DNA of 63,993 nucleotides, filler included, from Choristocarpus tenellus KU-1152 (taxonomy: Eukaryota > Protista > Phaeophyceae), in the NCBI GenBank assembly GCA_964200185.2. It is 11 parts of 11 records of this genome, joined end to end, with 100 filler letters (N's around TTAATTAATTAA, not from the genome) between each part and the next. Parts side by side here need not be neighbours in the genome. Positions count along the whole stretch, not along the records: positions 1 to 8,342 come from CAXNAD020004831.1; positions 8,443 to 12,778 come from CAXNAD020015054.1; positions 12,879 to 19,877 come from CAXNAD020006894.1; 8 more parts are not named here. One strand, 5' to 3'. The first letter of the stretch is position 1. The number at the start of each line of letters is the position of its first letter. Both the position numbers and the translations under genes were made by a program. Under the pieces are notes generated by a model. It did no database searches. It saw nothing but the letters and a program-made list of their open reading frames with translations, and had not been told where the DNA came from. Shown here piece after piece: positions 1 to 13,300 of the stretch.

Positions 1-250
1 CCCCCCACACACACACACAAATCTCAGCATGTATGGAAGTACGTGCACTATCGAAAACACACAACAATAAAAATAATAATACAAAATACGCCTTCCATAA
101 ACATAAATCTACTGCGTATACCAATACTAAGTATTACTATGCACATACAATTAACAAGTAATCACACTTGCGTAGGAATAGTGAGTCATTTAATGCTCAC
201 AAAATTAACAAGCATTTCAGACACCAAAATCTACATACAGACAGACCTAC

Positions 251-3200
251 CTCATCTGGGTTGGGATTGACAGATATGAACTTGTGTAGGAGTGATGTCA
301 AATCATTGGAGGGTTGCATAATGCTCCCTCCAAATATCAAGACCACATCAGCCACCGCCTGCCAAGGATATTGTAGTGTTGTTGAATTGGAGGAAATCAG
401 AGCACAGTTGTTCTTTATCTCTATCCCTGCGTGAATGCCTCTTTAGATAGTGAGAGAGACTTGCAAATAAGGGGTAATATTGATGTATATATAAATGCAG
501 CCCATTAAAGGAAGTGAATTTCATAGTACAAATATTATTATTATTAGGGCATTTCATTGATCCAGTAAATTAAAATAGTCCCATCCGCCAGCCGGACCAG
601 GTCCAACATTCTCAAACATATTCCAGAACATGAACATCACTTCTCAACATGACCAGTGGACCAAGTAACTCGACATGCAATCAACTGAGTATTTAATGTA
701 TTCACGAGCACTGTCTCTGTCTACTTCACTGCTAGAACAATAGAACCAAAACAAAATCTATTCAAAAAAAAGAAAAAAAACACTTAATTTATATTTAACA
801 AACCGTTCTTTCTTAAAAACAAAAGTCAGTACAATTTTAGGCTGCTTTCTATTACAACATTTTTTACATGAAGTGACAAAACCAATTGAGCAGGTTTTTA
901 TAAAATTCGGACTGCTCCAGGAGTAGACCTGTTTGACTCATGAACTGGACTGGACTAGACTGGACTAGACTGGACTGGACTGGACTGGACTGGACTAATT
1001 ATACAACCCATACTAGATATGGTCCAGAAATGTTAGAGAATGTCAGACCCAGTCTGGCCAGCGGACATGGACTTGTACAGTACCTAGTGGACATGGTGTG
1101 GACATGGTCCGGACATTTTAGACAATATGAGACCTGGTCCAGTCAACAGATATGGACTGGTACAGTACCAAGTGGACTTGGTCCGGACATTTTAGACAAT
1201 ATGAGACCTGGTCCAGTCAACAGATATGGACTGGTACAGTACCTAGTGGACATGGTCCGAAAATATAAGACAATGTTGGACCCAGTCTGGCCAGCAGATA
1301 TGGACTGATCCTTTTCTCTTCTTTATGATGAGACAAAACAACTCGTCCAAACATCAAATTCAAACCAATCTCAACATTTAAATAATAATAATAATTTTTC
1401 ATAAAAATAAACAAGAACAGCACAATTATAAAATTTAATTAATACCACGCACAATACAAAAACAACAATTTGCCACAACATCAAGAATTCGAATTATCTC
1501 TACATTCAATTTTTAAGGTCTCCTGCTGGTTACTTCAAGCACATTATCACATCAAATATTAGTAAGGCGAAGCAAAGCAGAGGTCTTAAAATCGTCCCAT
1601 GTACCACTTACACCGGAATCAACCATCATTCGCACTTTTCAGTTACATTTTTCAGTTACATTTTGCCAGGGTGGGTATTGCAGTAGATCGTGGTCGTTCT
1701 CGCACGTTTCATTGAACTTTTCCAAATCTGAATACCTTTCATATACCATTAGATTGTGTCATCTCATTTTTTTCGTATATCCCTGACAAAAAAAAATACA
1801 TTCATTAACAAAAACAAAATCAACTGTTACGATCATTCTTTTCAACCACCCCCCACCTTTTTTCTCCATATTTTCTTCTGACAACACGCACAACCACAAA
1901 CCTATAAGCACTTACAAACGCCTGCCATACACTTACAAACGCCTATCACACACTCACTCACAAAAACCTGTCTAGATCTATCAAAATAGTAACCCCACGC
2001 CACCCCTGTTCCATTCTCCCGTTAACATGAATACACAACCCCGCCACATCCCTAACCCTAACCCTAACCCTAACCCTCACCTGAATAGCCAAGAAGCGGA
2101 TTTCCATTATCTCATTAGAGTTACTAGCCACATTGAACAGCAGGTTATAGTGCGACTCTGCTGCCTCCATCCCCAACAGTGAATACTTCCCCAGACACAT
2201 CACCCCCCCCCTCCGAATGTGGGCCTCAGCGCTCTGCACAACAGTCCGGCGGAGAGATGAGGCAATGTGGCGAGTGATGGGGGAGGATGAGCCACAGCGC
2301 AAAAAGCATCATCACTAAAAGCCAACTGATAGCATCATCATTGTTGACAAATTACTTATATAAAATTATCTAGTTTTAACTTACGAAATCAGTTTTAACT
2401 TACACTCAATTGTTTATCTAAAACAATAACTCAATACTCAGTGCCAACCTGATAGCTCGCTTAAAACGCCCGACTAGATAACAACTCCTAATAAGGACAC
2501 ACATCCAATGAAAGAGGAATCATCTATCTCAGGCATCAATTCATTCAAAAGTCTAAAGTTCCATTTACTCAGGTCCCTTCCCCTAGGCTGCTGTTCCTGC
2601 TACTGTTCATACACGCACACGTCTTGTGAGGAGTTCCACAAAATACATCCATAACCCTTGGTTCCTCATGTACATATCAAGTACAGCCACACCAACACAT
2701 CACACCAATCCTAAATTTGTTTGCAGATACCTATAGACAGAACACACCACACAGTCTCCTCGCTGTCCTAAGGTACTTCACTTTCCTAAAGTATTCTACT
2801 TGACTAGAAATAACACAATCTCCCTCATACACCCAACAACAACTACTAATTCAATCCAATGCAATGCAATGCAACTGAGAGAAGGGGGGGGGGGGGGGAA
2901 GGGTACATGTCTTGGCCATTTCAAGACACAAGACCGTTTCAGCTCTGCTTTGGAAGAAGACTGAGGCACTCAAAAAAGGGCATCAGCGAGGATAAAATAA
3001 AATAATTATCAACAATGAACGCCACTCCAAACCTCTGAAAACCTGTGATACAACTACACACTCCAAACCTCTAAAAACCTGTGATACAACTACACACACC
3101 ACCAGAAGTCCAGTGACACCCTTCAACCTCGACAACAAGCCAACCCCCTCTCAGGCAATTTGTTTGACTCCCCAACCCTAACCCCACTACCAACAAAAAC

Positions 3201-4162
3201 AATTCAACCATGAACATACTTCATCTCACGCCTCTCCCCCCCCCCCCCTCCCCCCCCCCCCCCCCCCCCCCAACCAAGCGAAGGAGGAGTTAGGCCCGTC
3301 CCGCCAAAGGGAGAGGNNNNNNNNNNCGACTCTCCCCCCTCCCCCTTGCCCCCCTCTCTCCCCCACCTGAACAGAGCGAAGGATGATTGAGTCCAGTCCG
3401 GCAAGAGTAGAGTCAGCCAGGGTACGAGTTGTGTGCTCAAGAAGGTTAGACAGGATATCCAGCCTGCATGTCAGAAGGGAGGTAAAGAATCCACCCACAG
3501 GTGGGTGGGATGCAAAAGGGTCACTCGTGACATCATCATCAGCAGAGGGAAGGGTCAGTCATGACCTGGAAGGTGTGGCGATTTAACACCAACTTCTGTA
3601 CTCAGCATGAATGTGACATGTAGTATTTGTTTAGACCAGAGTGACGCCATCTAAGAGGGGGTCATTTCAGGCTTTAAAGGTCCCTCATGACCACCTTATT
3701 ATAGTACAACATATTCACATTACTGATGCGACCAAGTTCAACTGACAACATGCTCACAACTAACATCCTCTTCCAGTCACGCCCTCCTAACGCAGATTTA
3801 ATTCATCTCAGGCAGCATGCCCATGTCACATACCTACCAAGGTCCACCACACCAAATTGACCCATAAGCACCAGTCAATGATAGTCAATGATAGTAGGTT
3901 CAGTCAAAAGGGCGGATATACAGATAGGTGGCCATGCCATTCGACAAATGACCTATCATAGTTCAATACCACAGTTGGACCAGAGAGGCACCAAAATACA
4001 CCCCAAAACTACGCTGCCTATTGATTTCCACAAAGAACGGTACATTGCGGCCAAATACGAATCGGAGATTCAGCGGGTCAGGATGACAGAATGAGGTATA
4101 CCTACAGGTACAATTTTCTCGCAGCCATCCCAGACCGTCCATTCTACACAAGAGCAAGTGCG

Positions 4163-4218
<56 letters not shown>

Positions 4219-7200
4219 CCCTCCACACGACCACGCGCCCCCCCCCCCCCCCCCCCCCTCCCCCCCCCCCCCCCCCCCTGAAAAAAACCCTCGTAGCTCC
4301 CACACTCACATACGAAGCTGCCGGCAAACATACATAACATCATCGCCATCATCACCATCACAGTCACCATCACAGTCACCATCACCACGGTCCGTATCCT
4401 CCCCTCTCTCTCTTCCCTCATCTTCACCGCCTTCCTTGTTCTCCGCCGCCCCTGCGTCTCCATTGGAGGTACAGGTCACATCATCCCTGCCACCGCCCTG
4501 TCGAGCCCTCATGCCTTCGAAGTCGTCTAAACCAATAAACATGAGGGATGGGGAGAGCACAGGGGGAGAGGGGGCCGTCCGCAATCATATAGGCCAAAGC
4601 AGGTTAGACAAGACAAGACAAGGGCGGCTGCAGTAAATGCAAACATTACTGCGATTCTCTTCAATATCTACCTAGTTAATATGTCTACCACACACAAGCT
4701 GTGATATCTAGCCCTCTTGCGATGGCCCCCAATCCAACCCTAACCCTTTCACCATAACAAAATTCGAAGCAATGCACCATATAGGTTGTTCCACCAGCAT
4801 CAATCAAAACAAAACGCCTCCAAGAAAACCAGTCAGATCTAGAAAACTCAAGGCCAAAAAGGATACAGCACTCAGGGGTACAACACAGCATGCACTACGC
4901 CAACCATACAATAACAAACCCAATTCTGCTGCCCCCCCCGATAATACATAATCGTCTCCCTTCCTCGGACGCTTCCCTTCCCACCTCCCTCCCCAGGCTC
5001 TTACACAAGGCTAGATGAAATGGTACTTGCCAGAGCTGTCGTCTTCATCCAGTAGGGTACTCTGGGCCTCTCCCGCCTTGTCTTCAAACGCCTTTACCTT
5101 GTCCTTCACAAACCCCTTGTGGATAGTGCCTCGAAGAGATGGACGTGGAACCAAAGAACCATTCCGCGGATAACCCTTTTCCTCCTTTTCGTTGGAAATA
5201 AAAGGATAGATGTGGGGGGGGGGGGGACGGGGGTTTGGGAGGCATTGGCACCACAACAAGAGGACATTTGGGTTCATCAAAGAGTTAGAACAAAACAGCA
5301 GGGCTTGCCATCAGGCCAGGCATAGCAAAAGGGCCACGTCCACAAACCAGAGTAGTTCAATATTTTCTGGCATGTGCAAATTGCATCATTCGTGAGAGGA
5401 AACTATCCAGTCCCCAGTTAAAACAGCACAGCTGAAGGTACTTAATCCAAATTATATAACACGAATATATACCCACGCATATTTAAGATATATTGGGACA
5501 TGCTTCTTTCGAGCCAGTCCGTTTTAATTTTTTTTGTTACAAAGGCCATCAACTACAACGCGACCGGCCTGTGGATTGGCCCAATACCAACATGTCATGG
5601 CCCACAAGGCCAGTCCATCACCATCGTCAATCCTTACAAAATTTTGTGGCCCACAGGGCCAGCCCAGAGCCATGTCCCAGACCACACCCCATACCATCTA
5701 CCCGCGCTGATGAAAAAATCCCTCCAAAAAGATTTCGGAGGACAACAACGTCATGCCTACAAGCTCCACGTGCTCTCGCTAAGCTGACGATCCACCTGTA
5801 GTCAGACCCACAACAAGGGAGAACCAATCTACACGCATCATGCCTGTTCAGAGTATCCGTGAAATTTCATTTTTTTTCAGTGAATTCAAAGCAAGCAACC
5901 AACCAACCACTCGCAGAGACAAAACAAAACCTTTCACCGACCAAACAGAAGGGAGGCGAGCGCATACAACCTGGTTAGCATTAACAACCGCCCTTGATTA
6001 ACAACCAAAAAAAAGAGGCGAGTAACTGTCATCTGTACAACCAACCGCCCTTGAGAATCCCCATCACCTGCCCTGGGACAACATCCGTGTCACTGACAAC
6101 TTCCAGGGGGTCATCGATATCGCTGATAAGCTCTGCCACAAGCCGTACGAAGTCTGCCTCAGAGGGATTAGCACCAGCAAGAGCCACCATACTCAGGTCC
6201 ACCAGATCCAAAGGTGTATTGGGGTCCTGGGTCGGGCAAGAGAGTGGGGATGAGGGGAGTCAAGACCACCACAAAGTGTCAAAACAAAACAGTCAAGGGA
6301 TCCATCCGAGAGGGAAGTGTGTTTACACTGTTTTGATTTGCAGGTGCCTTTTCAAGTTTGTCCAAGGAAGAGGAAGTATTACCACTCGATAAGCAGCCTT
6401 GGTCGAGATAACCTGCTTCTGCAAACTGAAAGTAAGCATTAAACAAAAACACCTATTTTTTTTTTTATAAATATATTTTTTATTAATACAATACTCAGCC
6501 GCGGGCATCTGCGCTCCAAAACATGTACCGCCAGAAACTCAGAGGGATCCTTAATAACTTAGTGGCACACATAGCACATATATATATATACACTCATGTA
6601 TGTATATATACAGTATCTCAATACCTAGAACACAGAGTCCAAGCGTTTGGTAGCACTGGCGAGTGCAGAATCATCATCTGTAGACATTGAGGTACGACAG
6701 ATACATGCCTTCACTACTAATACAAAAACTAAACACAGCCCGAGGCAGCATCTGGAATATTGACTACCAATATAATCAATTCTTTTTTAACTCAGAGCAT
6801 CAAGCGTACCACTGTATACGTAAGTATATTATTTACATATACATATCGGCATCTCCTTTCACATTGCCACATAGAACAAAAAAAAGAAGAAAAAACATTC
6901 CTGTGTAACAAACACCAAAATGACTGCCACAATGTAACCCAAAAATAAATAAATAAAATTGAAGCGCAATAAAAAAAAACATTGTCACACCTCGTCCCAA
7001 CACATGAACGTCATTATTCATTCTGGTACAATCTCACCTTGAGCAGGTTTTCTAGGAGACTGACAAGGCGACGGCGCCCAGCTTCCTCGGAAAAATCAGT
7101 CTGACATGCCAGCTTCAGCATCTGTCATCATCGCAGTGTGTGCAAGTCATGATGATTTTCAGCATAGATAGCCCGAAGTAGCTGCATCCCATCAGTCACA

Positions 7201-7651
7201 CAAGCCACTAGTACGCCAACTATCACAATAGCAACTAGATGATGATAATAATAATAATAATAATAATAAATATATTAAAAAATGATTATTTTTATTATTA
7301 TAGTTGTCATTTTCAGGATGCCGCTCATAACAATATCATGCAACACTTGAATAACAACACTAACAAATAAAAATAAACACTTTCCATGCATCTTGTATTA
7401 CAATGAGGCGATTCTGGACCGAACAGCATGAGGTCACCATTAGATTAGAACACGTTAAAAAAAATAAGATGTTTTCACTCGACTTGACCGGAGGCATATA
7501 TACATACAGGCAGGCACCACACACGAACGACGACTCTGCCCTGTAGTGCTACAGCACACAGATAGCACACAGATAGCACACTGCTCAACACATAGCAAAG
7601 AACATACAGAGACTGAAGAAGTAAGAAACATACAAGGGACCAGAAGACATT

Positions 7652-7683
<32 letters not shown>

Positions 7684-8226
7684 TTAAAGAACACAAGCAT
7701 ACACCGGTACACCTGCTGCACAACAAACTGGTCATCGGGGCGCTTGAAGAGATCCTCAGCATCGCACAACCCCTGGATCACTTCACATAGAGTCAGCGTA
7801 TCCGGAAGGATCGCTTCCAACCTCTCCTCCTGCTCCGCCGCTGGAATGTTCTTCAAACCACAGCACAAACATCATCACCCATCAAAACCGTTCATTGACG
7901 CCCACAACAACAACAACAACAACAACAAAAGAGAGATCCTCAGTGACACCTCGAAAAAGGGTTAGGGTCTGCATCGATTGCACAACAACAGTTCGAAACA
8001 TCATCACAGACAAACGCCTTTCCAAATCCTACACATCCACAAGTACCATCCACAACATAACCCAGACACAAATCACCTCCCCCTTTCCCTCGCCTGCTTT
8101 CCTCCTACACCCTCCCTCTCTCTCCCAAGAGACCGTTCACCACTGCCACTTCCTCCACTCACCTTGCTTCCCTTGACAACCTCAGCTTGCACCCGAGCAA
8201 ACAGAGCAGCCTCTGGGGTCAACAGG
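251..8226 (-). CDS. NCAPG: Condensin I complex subunit CAP-G (NCAPG/Ycg1/Cnd3), partial multi-exon gene
   Basis: Phase-compatible exons in transcript order: ~8226-8163 (LTPEAALFARVQAE), 7850-7713 (LEAILPD...FVVQQ), 7121-7038 (MLKLACQTDFSEEAGRRRLVSLLENLLK), 6226-6068 (DFVRLVAELISDIDDP), 5115-5031, 4526-4334, 3463-3367 (LDILSNLL...IILRSVQ), 2233-2081 (IRRGGVMCLGKYSLL...IRFLAIQ), 358-251 (AVADVVLIFG). These match CAP-G motifs (D-S-E-GRR; Cnd3 domain start 'IR-G-CLG-CLL'). AG acceptors and GT donors are present, with one GC donor. Both gene ends lie outside the contig. Confidence 0.88.
945..997. repeat. (CTGGA/CTAGA)n pentanucleotide microsatellite in a CAP-G intron
   Basis: About 10 tandem 5-mers. 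Confidence 0.9.
1015..1307. repeat. ~74-bp tandem minisatellite, about 4 degenerate units
   Basis: ggacattttagacaatatgagacctggtccagtcaacagatatggactggtacagtacc starts at both 1111 and 1185, with degenerate flanking copies. Confidence 0.85.
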
Positions 8227-8231
8227 CTACC

Positions 8232-8271
<40 letters not shown>

Positions 8272-8342
8272 ACAAAAAAAAAACACCCCCTTTTTAACCC
8301 CCCCCCGAGAACCGGAGGTAGGGGCCAGAAGGTCCCCACCCC

Positions 8343-8442
8343 NNNNNNNNNNNNNNNNNNNNNNNNNNNNNNNNNNNNNNNNNNNNTTAATTAATTAANN
8401 NNNNNNNNNNNNNNNNNNNNNNNNNNNNNNNNNNNNNNNNNN
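8343..8442. other. Artificial contig linker N44-TTAATTAATTAA-N44 (first of ten)
   Basis: Identical 100-bp spacers also at 12779-12878, 19878-19977, 25855-25954, 36761-36860, 47154-47253, 51123-51222, 53867-53966, 56554-56653 and 61382-61481. The core has stops in all six frames. Confidence 0.97.
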
Positions 8443-8444
8443 TT

Positions 8445-8680
8445 TTTCCGCACCATTGTAGGTCAAAACCATCCTCAATAGTACGCTCCATCCTCGATTT
8501 TTAAAATCCACTGTTTACTTCACATCTTAACCGTGATCCCAAACTTCTCAAGGTCGTCTCGCAGGCACATGCACTAGTTCTTCTCCTGTCCACCTTGCTT
8601 CATTTTTCATCTTCTGCAAGTTCCCTAAACATCACCTTCAACGAGTAACTCATTCCTCATGCATGCGACTGAACCTGCAG
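8445..8680 (-). mobile_element. Degenerate 3' end of an RTE-like non-LTR retrotransposon ORF
   Basis: Broken translation RMHEE..KVMFREL...QGGQEKN*CMCLRDDLEKFGI resembles the C-terminus of RTE-clade ORFs. Confidence 0.5.
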
Positions 8681-9017
8681 ATAGGAGTATCTGTTTTTGC
8701 ACAGTCATGTCAATTTTTTGCCACACCCAGTCTTCACAGGGGAATACTGTTCGATTGGACTCTTCCAACTCTATCGGACAGTTACGGAATATATGTATGT
8801 AAAGGAACAACCAATTAGTGGTTGAGTTGTCAGAACCTTTTGCTCGTGACTAGTTGTATGAGAACAATTCTCAAATATAAGGAAATATTTCTGATTTTAT
8901 GGGGTGCTACATGCCCCACTTAAATCTAATCAATCACTCTACAGACATGAACCAATCTCGCCAGGTTTATCACCGTTAGCATCATTGATGATTTGGGAGA
9001 TACTTTAACACAATATA

Positions 9018-10872
9018 TTGAACCTTAGGTTTCTAACCCATCATTTCATCATGTCTACACAAGGAGATGCGATTCAAGAATTACGGGAACCTGTTCCTTC
9101 CGAGGGCCCATTTGGCCAAGAATTCAGACAGCTTATGGCGACGGTAGCGGAGTTGTCAAGAAACGTTGGCAATCTCATGGTTCAGTCTGAAAGAGTCGGC
9201 GACGGAAATCATCCAGTCGTCCAGGCCGCTGTGCCCAGCACACGGCCTCCGGCTGGGCACGTACCAGTCGAAGTGGACCCTATGGAACCCATGTTGAGGG
9301 CAAATTTTCCAGAGAGGGGAAACAGTTTGGATGCTGTGAGCATCAGAAGTGGAGCAAGCCGGAGGTCCGGTTCTTCGGAGAGGTTGGAGACAGGCGCACA
9401 TATTGTTCGCCCTACGACAAAGAGATTGAGAACCCAACCATCGGAGCTATTGGACAACTCAGACTACCGCGACTGGAGGAGGCGTTTCATTGTTGATATA
9501 CCCATTGTTTGGATGCGTTGACAATTGAAAGACTAGTTAATCAAGAACGCTCCTACGAGGAACTTCTCTCGGATGGCTTCAGTGCAAATGATATTTTGAT
9601 GGCCGAAGAGGCCTACCATGCACTTACTATTGCTCTCGTCGCACCCACCACCAGGGTATTATACTATACGCACCAAAGCCCGAGCGAGCTTTTCCGAGCA
9701 ATAGATGATTGGTTCATGCCTAATACAGTAGGTAATAACCAACATTTGTTCGGTGAGTTTTTCACTTCAAAGGTGGAGAAGGGGGCAAATCCGATCCTCA
9801 CCTTAAACCGCCTGAAAGAGCTACGGGGGAGGATGCTATCAATGGACCTAGTCATCTCGGACAAGGTGCTACTCCTACAGTTCCTGAGTACTCTTGGATC
9901 AGATTACGATACCGAGATACGCATGATGGCCTCGCAGAGGACACTATGTTGAGCAGACGTAGAGAAAACTGCTAGATAGCGATATGCTTCCCTTTATCAG
10001 GGAAAGAAATCAAGACACAAGAACAGCCATGCTTTGGTTGTTAACAGCTCATCATAAGGGAAGAGTCAGTCTCATCGCAACGGCCAAGGTTGCGGGGTCA
10101 AACGTAAATTTAATGGTGGAAGAAACAAAAATGGTTCTAATTCCAACCCTAAACGTTCCGAGAAGATTCCTTGTGAAAGATATGGTAAGCATGGGCATGA
10201 GAAGACAGTTTACCCAAATCGCATTTGCACCAAGTGTGATGGACGTGCCCATGATGCTACAACATGTACTTCGGTGTTCTTGACAACATTGCGGTCTGGG
10301 AAAGAAGAGATCGAGACCGAGGCGAATCCTTCCCACATTTCTATGGAAAGTATCACCAGCTGCGGCGACATCGAGCGATACGCACTACTGGTCGCCACTG
10401 GGGACTCTCCGAGCAGCAATGCTCTAGGCAAGTGTGAGGAAAACGAATGTTTGGTGTCAAGTGTTGGGGTTGGCCGCGAGAAAGAAGAATGGATTTTGGA
10501 CAGTGCAGTTTCATGTCACATGACAAATATGATAACACACATGGCAAATTACAAGCCTTGTGTTGGAGACAAGGAGTAGTCACTGCCAGTCAAAATTCCT
10601 TTTGTATCGCTGGTCATGGTGATCTAACCATCTTGTTCCCGTCACGTGACAACAAGGAGGTAGAAATGTTCCTTCCAAATGTCGCCCATGTCCCAGATCT
10701 TGGATTCAATCTTTTTTCTTGCCAAGCAGCAGCCAGTAAAGGTGCAAAAGGCATTTTCACGGCCAGTACATTCTCGTTGTTAGATGGAATACTTACCTTC
10801 ACAAGAGATCCTGGTTGTCATTACACCCTCCATGGTCAACGCATATTGCCGTGACCAGATCGAAATGCTGAA
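9018..10872 (+). mobile_element. Ty1/copia family A gag-protease fragment, degenerate
   Basis: Gag motif DYRDWRRRF; UBN2-like region (FLSTLGSDYDTEIRM); CCHC knuckle CTKCDGRAHDATTC at ~10237-10268; protease WILDSAVSCHMT; NVAHVPDLGFNLFS. Several stops and frameshifts; truncated before integrase. Confidence 0.85.
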
Positions 10873-11615
10873 GTTTGGGGGGGGTAGGATGGACAGCCTC
10901 TTGCTGTTTTTCCGAGCACGTTCTTGGTGTGCCAGTATAGGAACTTCCATACTGTTTCCTTTGGTTGTACCTGGTGCCACACACTGAGCCAAGAATATCT
11001 CGCGGATATTTGGCTTGTCTTAGATTCGATACCCTGGGTGACCGATGTCATTACTACTTTGCCTCGAAGGAACATACGACAAAGAAAATATTTGTTTCGC
11101 TCCAAGGTGTCCCTCGAAACATCCTCTTGTGTGCTTGGTCCCTGCGCCTTACATTGCAATAAATACTTTCCATTTGTCTCCAAAAGTCCATCCGTCTTGA
11201 GAATTAGACGCGCTTAGACTAACATAGCGCGATGATCCTGTTCTGTGGTAATCCTGTTTGGTATTCCTGTGTCTTACTTCTAACAACCATCCATAATGGT
11301 CTGCCGACGACCTTAGACGTCTAGAATGGAGTACTGCAGGGAGCAGTGGTTTGCGAGAGTAACAAGGGGGGCCTACACTGAAGGGGAAAGAGGAGGGGGA
11401 AGCTCCGTCAGGTAGCACCTACGGTTCTTGAGCAGCACCAGCAGGAAGGAATTGTGGGGGGGAGTGCAGAGGGAAAGAGGAATAAGAGATCCGCTGTTTA
11501 GATCCCACAATGCTGGAGCAGGAATAGGAGGAAAGGCACAGGAGGGGGACGATGTGCGATTTGTACCACCATGAGGGAAAGAAAATGGGAAGTTCCACCA
11601 GCTACCTACCACAAC

Positions 11616-11873
11616 GAGTCAAAGTACCTTAGAGGGTAGAGCCGAGTCCGTTTGGAAGTCAAAATCCAATATCGTGATCTTGATGTATATTTGACTACCA
11701 TGTTTGTTTGGAAGTGTCCATATCCTTGCTCCGAACACACTTTTTCAAACGTATACATTTTACCTACTCCAAAACATTTTGAAGTAGGTAAAATGTCACA
11801 AAAAACCTGTGGGCAGCCAAGTTCCAAATGGACAAACAGGTCAAAACTCGTACCCTCTAAGATACTTTCACTC
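11616..11873 (+). mobile_element. MITE family 1 (GAGTCAAAGTA TIR), TSD AAC
   Basis: TIRs GAGTCAAAGTACCTTAGAGGGTA ... TACCCTCTAAGATACTTTCACTC; AAC on both flanks; four further copies in the window. Confidence 0.85.
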
Positions 11874-12588
11874 AACAGTGTTCCAATACCAGGAGTGGGG
11901 TGTGCTAGGGGTCTCTATGCTTTCCTCTATAAATTTGGTGTTCGAGCTACTAAATGCACATATCTAGCTGTCTGTGAGTAGTAACTTGACATTCAAAGGG
12001 CTGATAGGAATTTTTGAACAAATGATGAAGGAAGAAATAACAAAACAGTACATAGTATAACATACAATACACGAGAAGGCAACCAGACAAACAAGACTAA
12101 TGACAGTGAAGCAAGATATGTTCCAATAGACCTAGTGAGCTTAGTCGCAGGACAGAACCAACGTTTGGCGCTGATGGCATCAGTAGTTGACGTGAGCACA
12201 CACACGTGTAGTGTGCAGGTTGAGTAAATACACGTAAACACACAAGGCGTGAAACATGGGACAAGGAAAGCCAAGAATGGTAGTGTTGTGAATTTGGGGG
12301 ATTGAATTGTTTCGATCGATAAATCGCGTATTACATATTAATCGACAGCAAAATGGAGGAGATGATGAGTATCATAGAGGCAATCAGAGTGAACCTACAA
12401 AAACCTGGTTGGGTCTTGGGTTAAAAAAATAATATATATTATAGTCTTAGTGAAGGTCACTACCATGATGAGAACGAGTCAGTGTGAAAAAATGCACGGG
12501 GACAGGGGAGTAAATAATATAGAATTGGAGTCAGCTCAATGGTGTATGACCATGAAAGAAACCCATGACGGTATGAAGAACTGACTAT

Positions 12589-12778
12589 GACCCAAAGTAT
12601 TTGGGGGGGTTGGTGGCTGTCCATTTGGGGTCAATTTTTTCATGTCGCAATTTTTGGGTGATTTGGTTGCATATGTCGGATGGATAATGTAAATGCGCTT
12701 TTCCTGATTTTGGACCGAATGGACACCCTGGTGTAGAACCCCGTACCCCCCCCCCCACACGCGGGCGTCTATTCGTAA
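12589..12778 (+). mobile_element. MITE family 2 copy, truncated at contig end
   Basis: Starts GACCCAAAGTATTTGGGGG; about 140 bp closely similar to 39945-40100. Confidence 0.7.
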
Positions 12779-13300
12779 NNNNNNNNNNNNNNNNNNNNNN
12801 NNNNNNNNNNNNNNNNNNNNNNTTAATTAATTAANNNNNNNNNNNNNNNNNNNNNNNNNNNNNNNNNNNNNNNNNNNNGATTGGTCTGTTACGTTCTGGA
12901 TGTTACTTTCACTAGTTCGTCATCACCACATCAACTAAAATCAGAACACCTAAGTACAGAACAGTCGCTCTGCGTTCCACACAAATAGTATAGTATAGTG
13001 TACGTCACTTTGTTTGCATCACATGTTTCAATTTTGTTCTGTTGTTCTGTTGTTTTTTTTCTTTCACTCTTCCTTCTTATCAGGAGGAGAAGATGACAGT
13101 TGTACATTAATGGTTGATTATTATTTCTTTCGTGACTGCCATTGATCTCTCAAATTGCATCAACGCCACTCTGCAAACTTTGTATCAAAACACACACACA
13201 TGGATGTAATATGATCTAATTGCTGTATGTAGCAGGTGACTACTTACCTCTATTTTCTTTTAGGTCGTTCTTACCGAATACAACTATTAGAATTACCATA

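Noticed and set aside
4091-4636. Poly-Pro/poly-Gly ORFs here and at 3226, 7978 and 25627
   Set aside because: They arise from C/G homopolymer runs, possibly sequencing artefacts; the real coding sequence in the first contig is the minus-strand CAP-G exons.
10875-11610. Possible LINE endonuclease remnant interrupting copia A
   Set aside because: No catalytic motif could be read with confidence.
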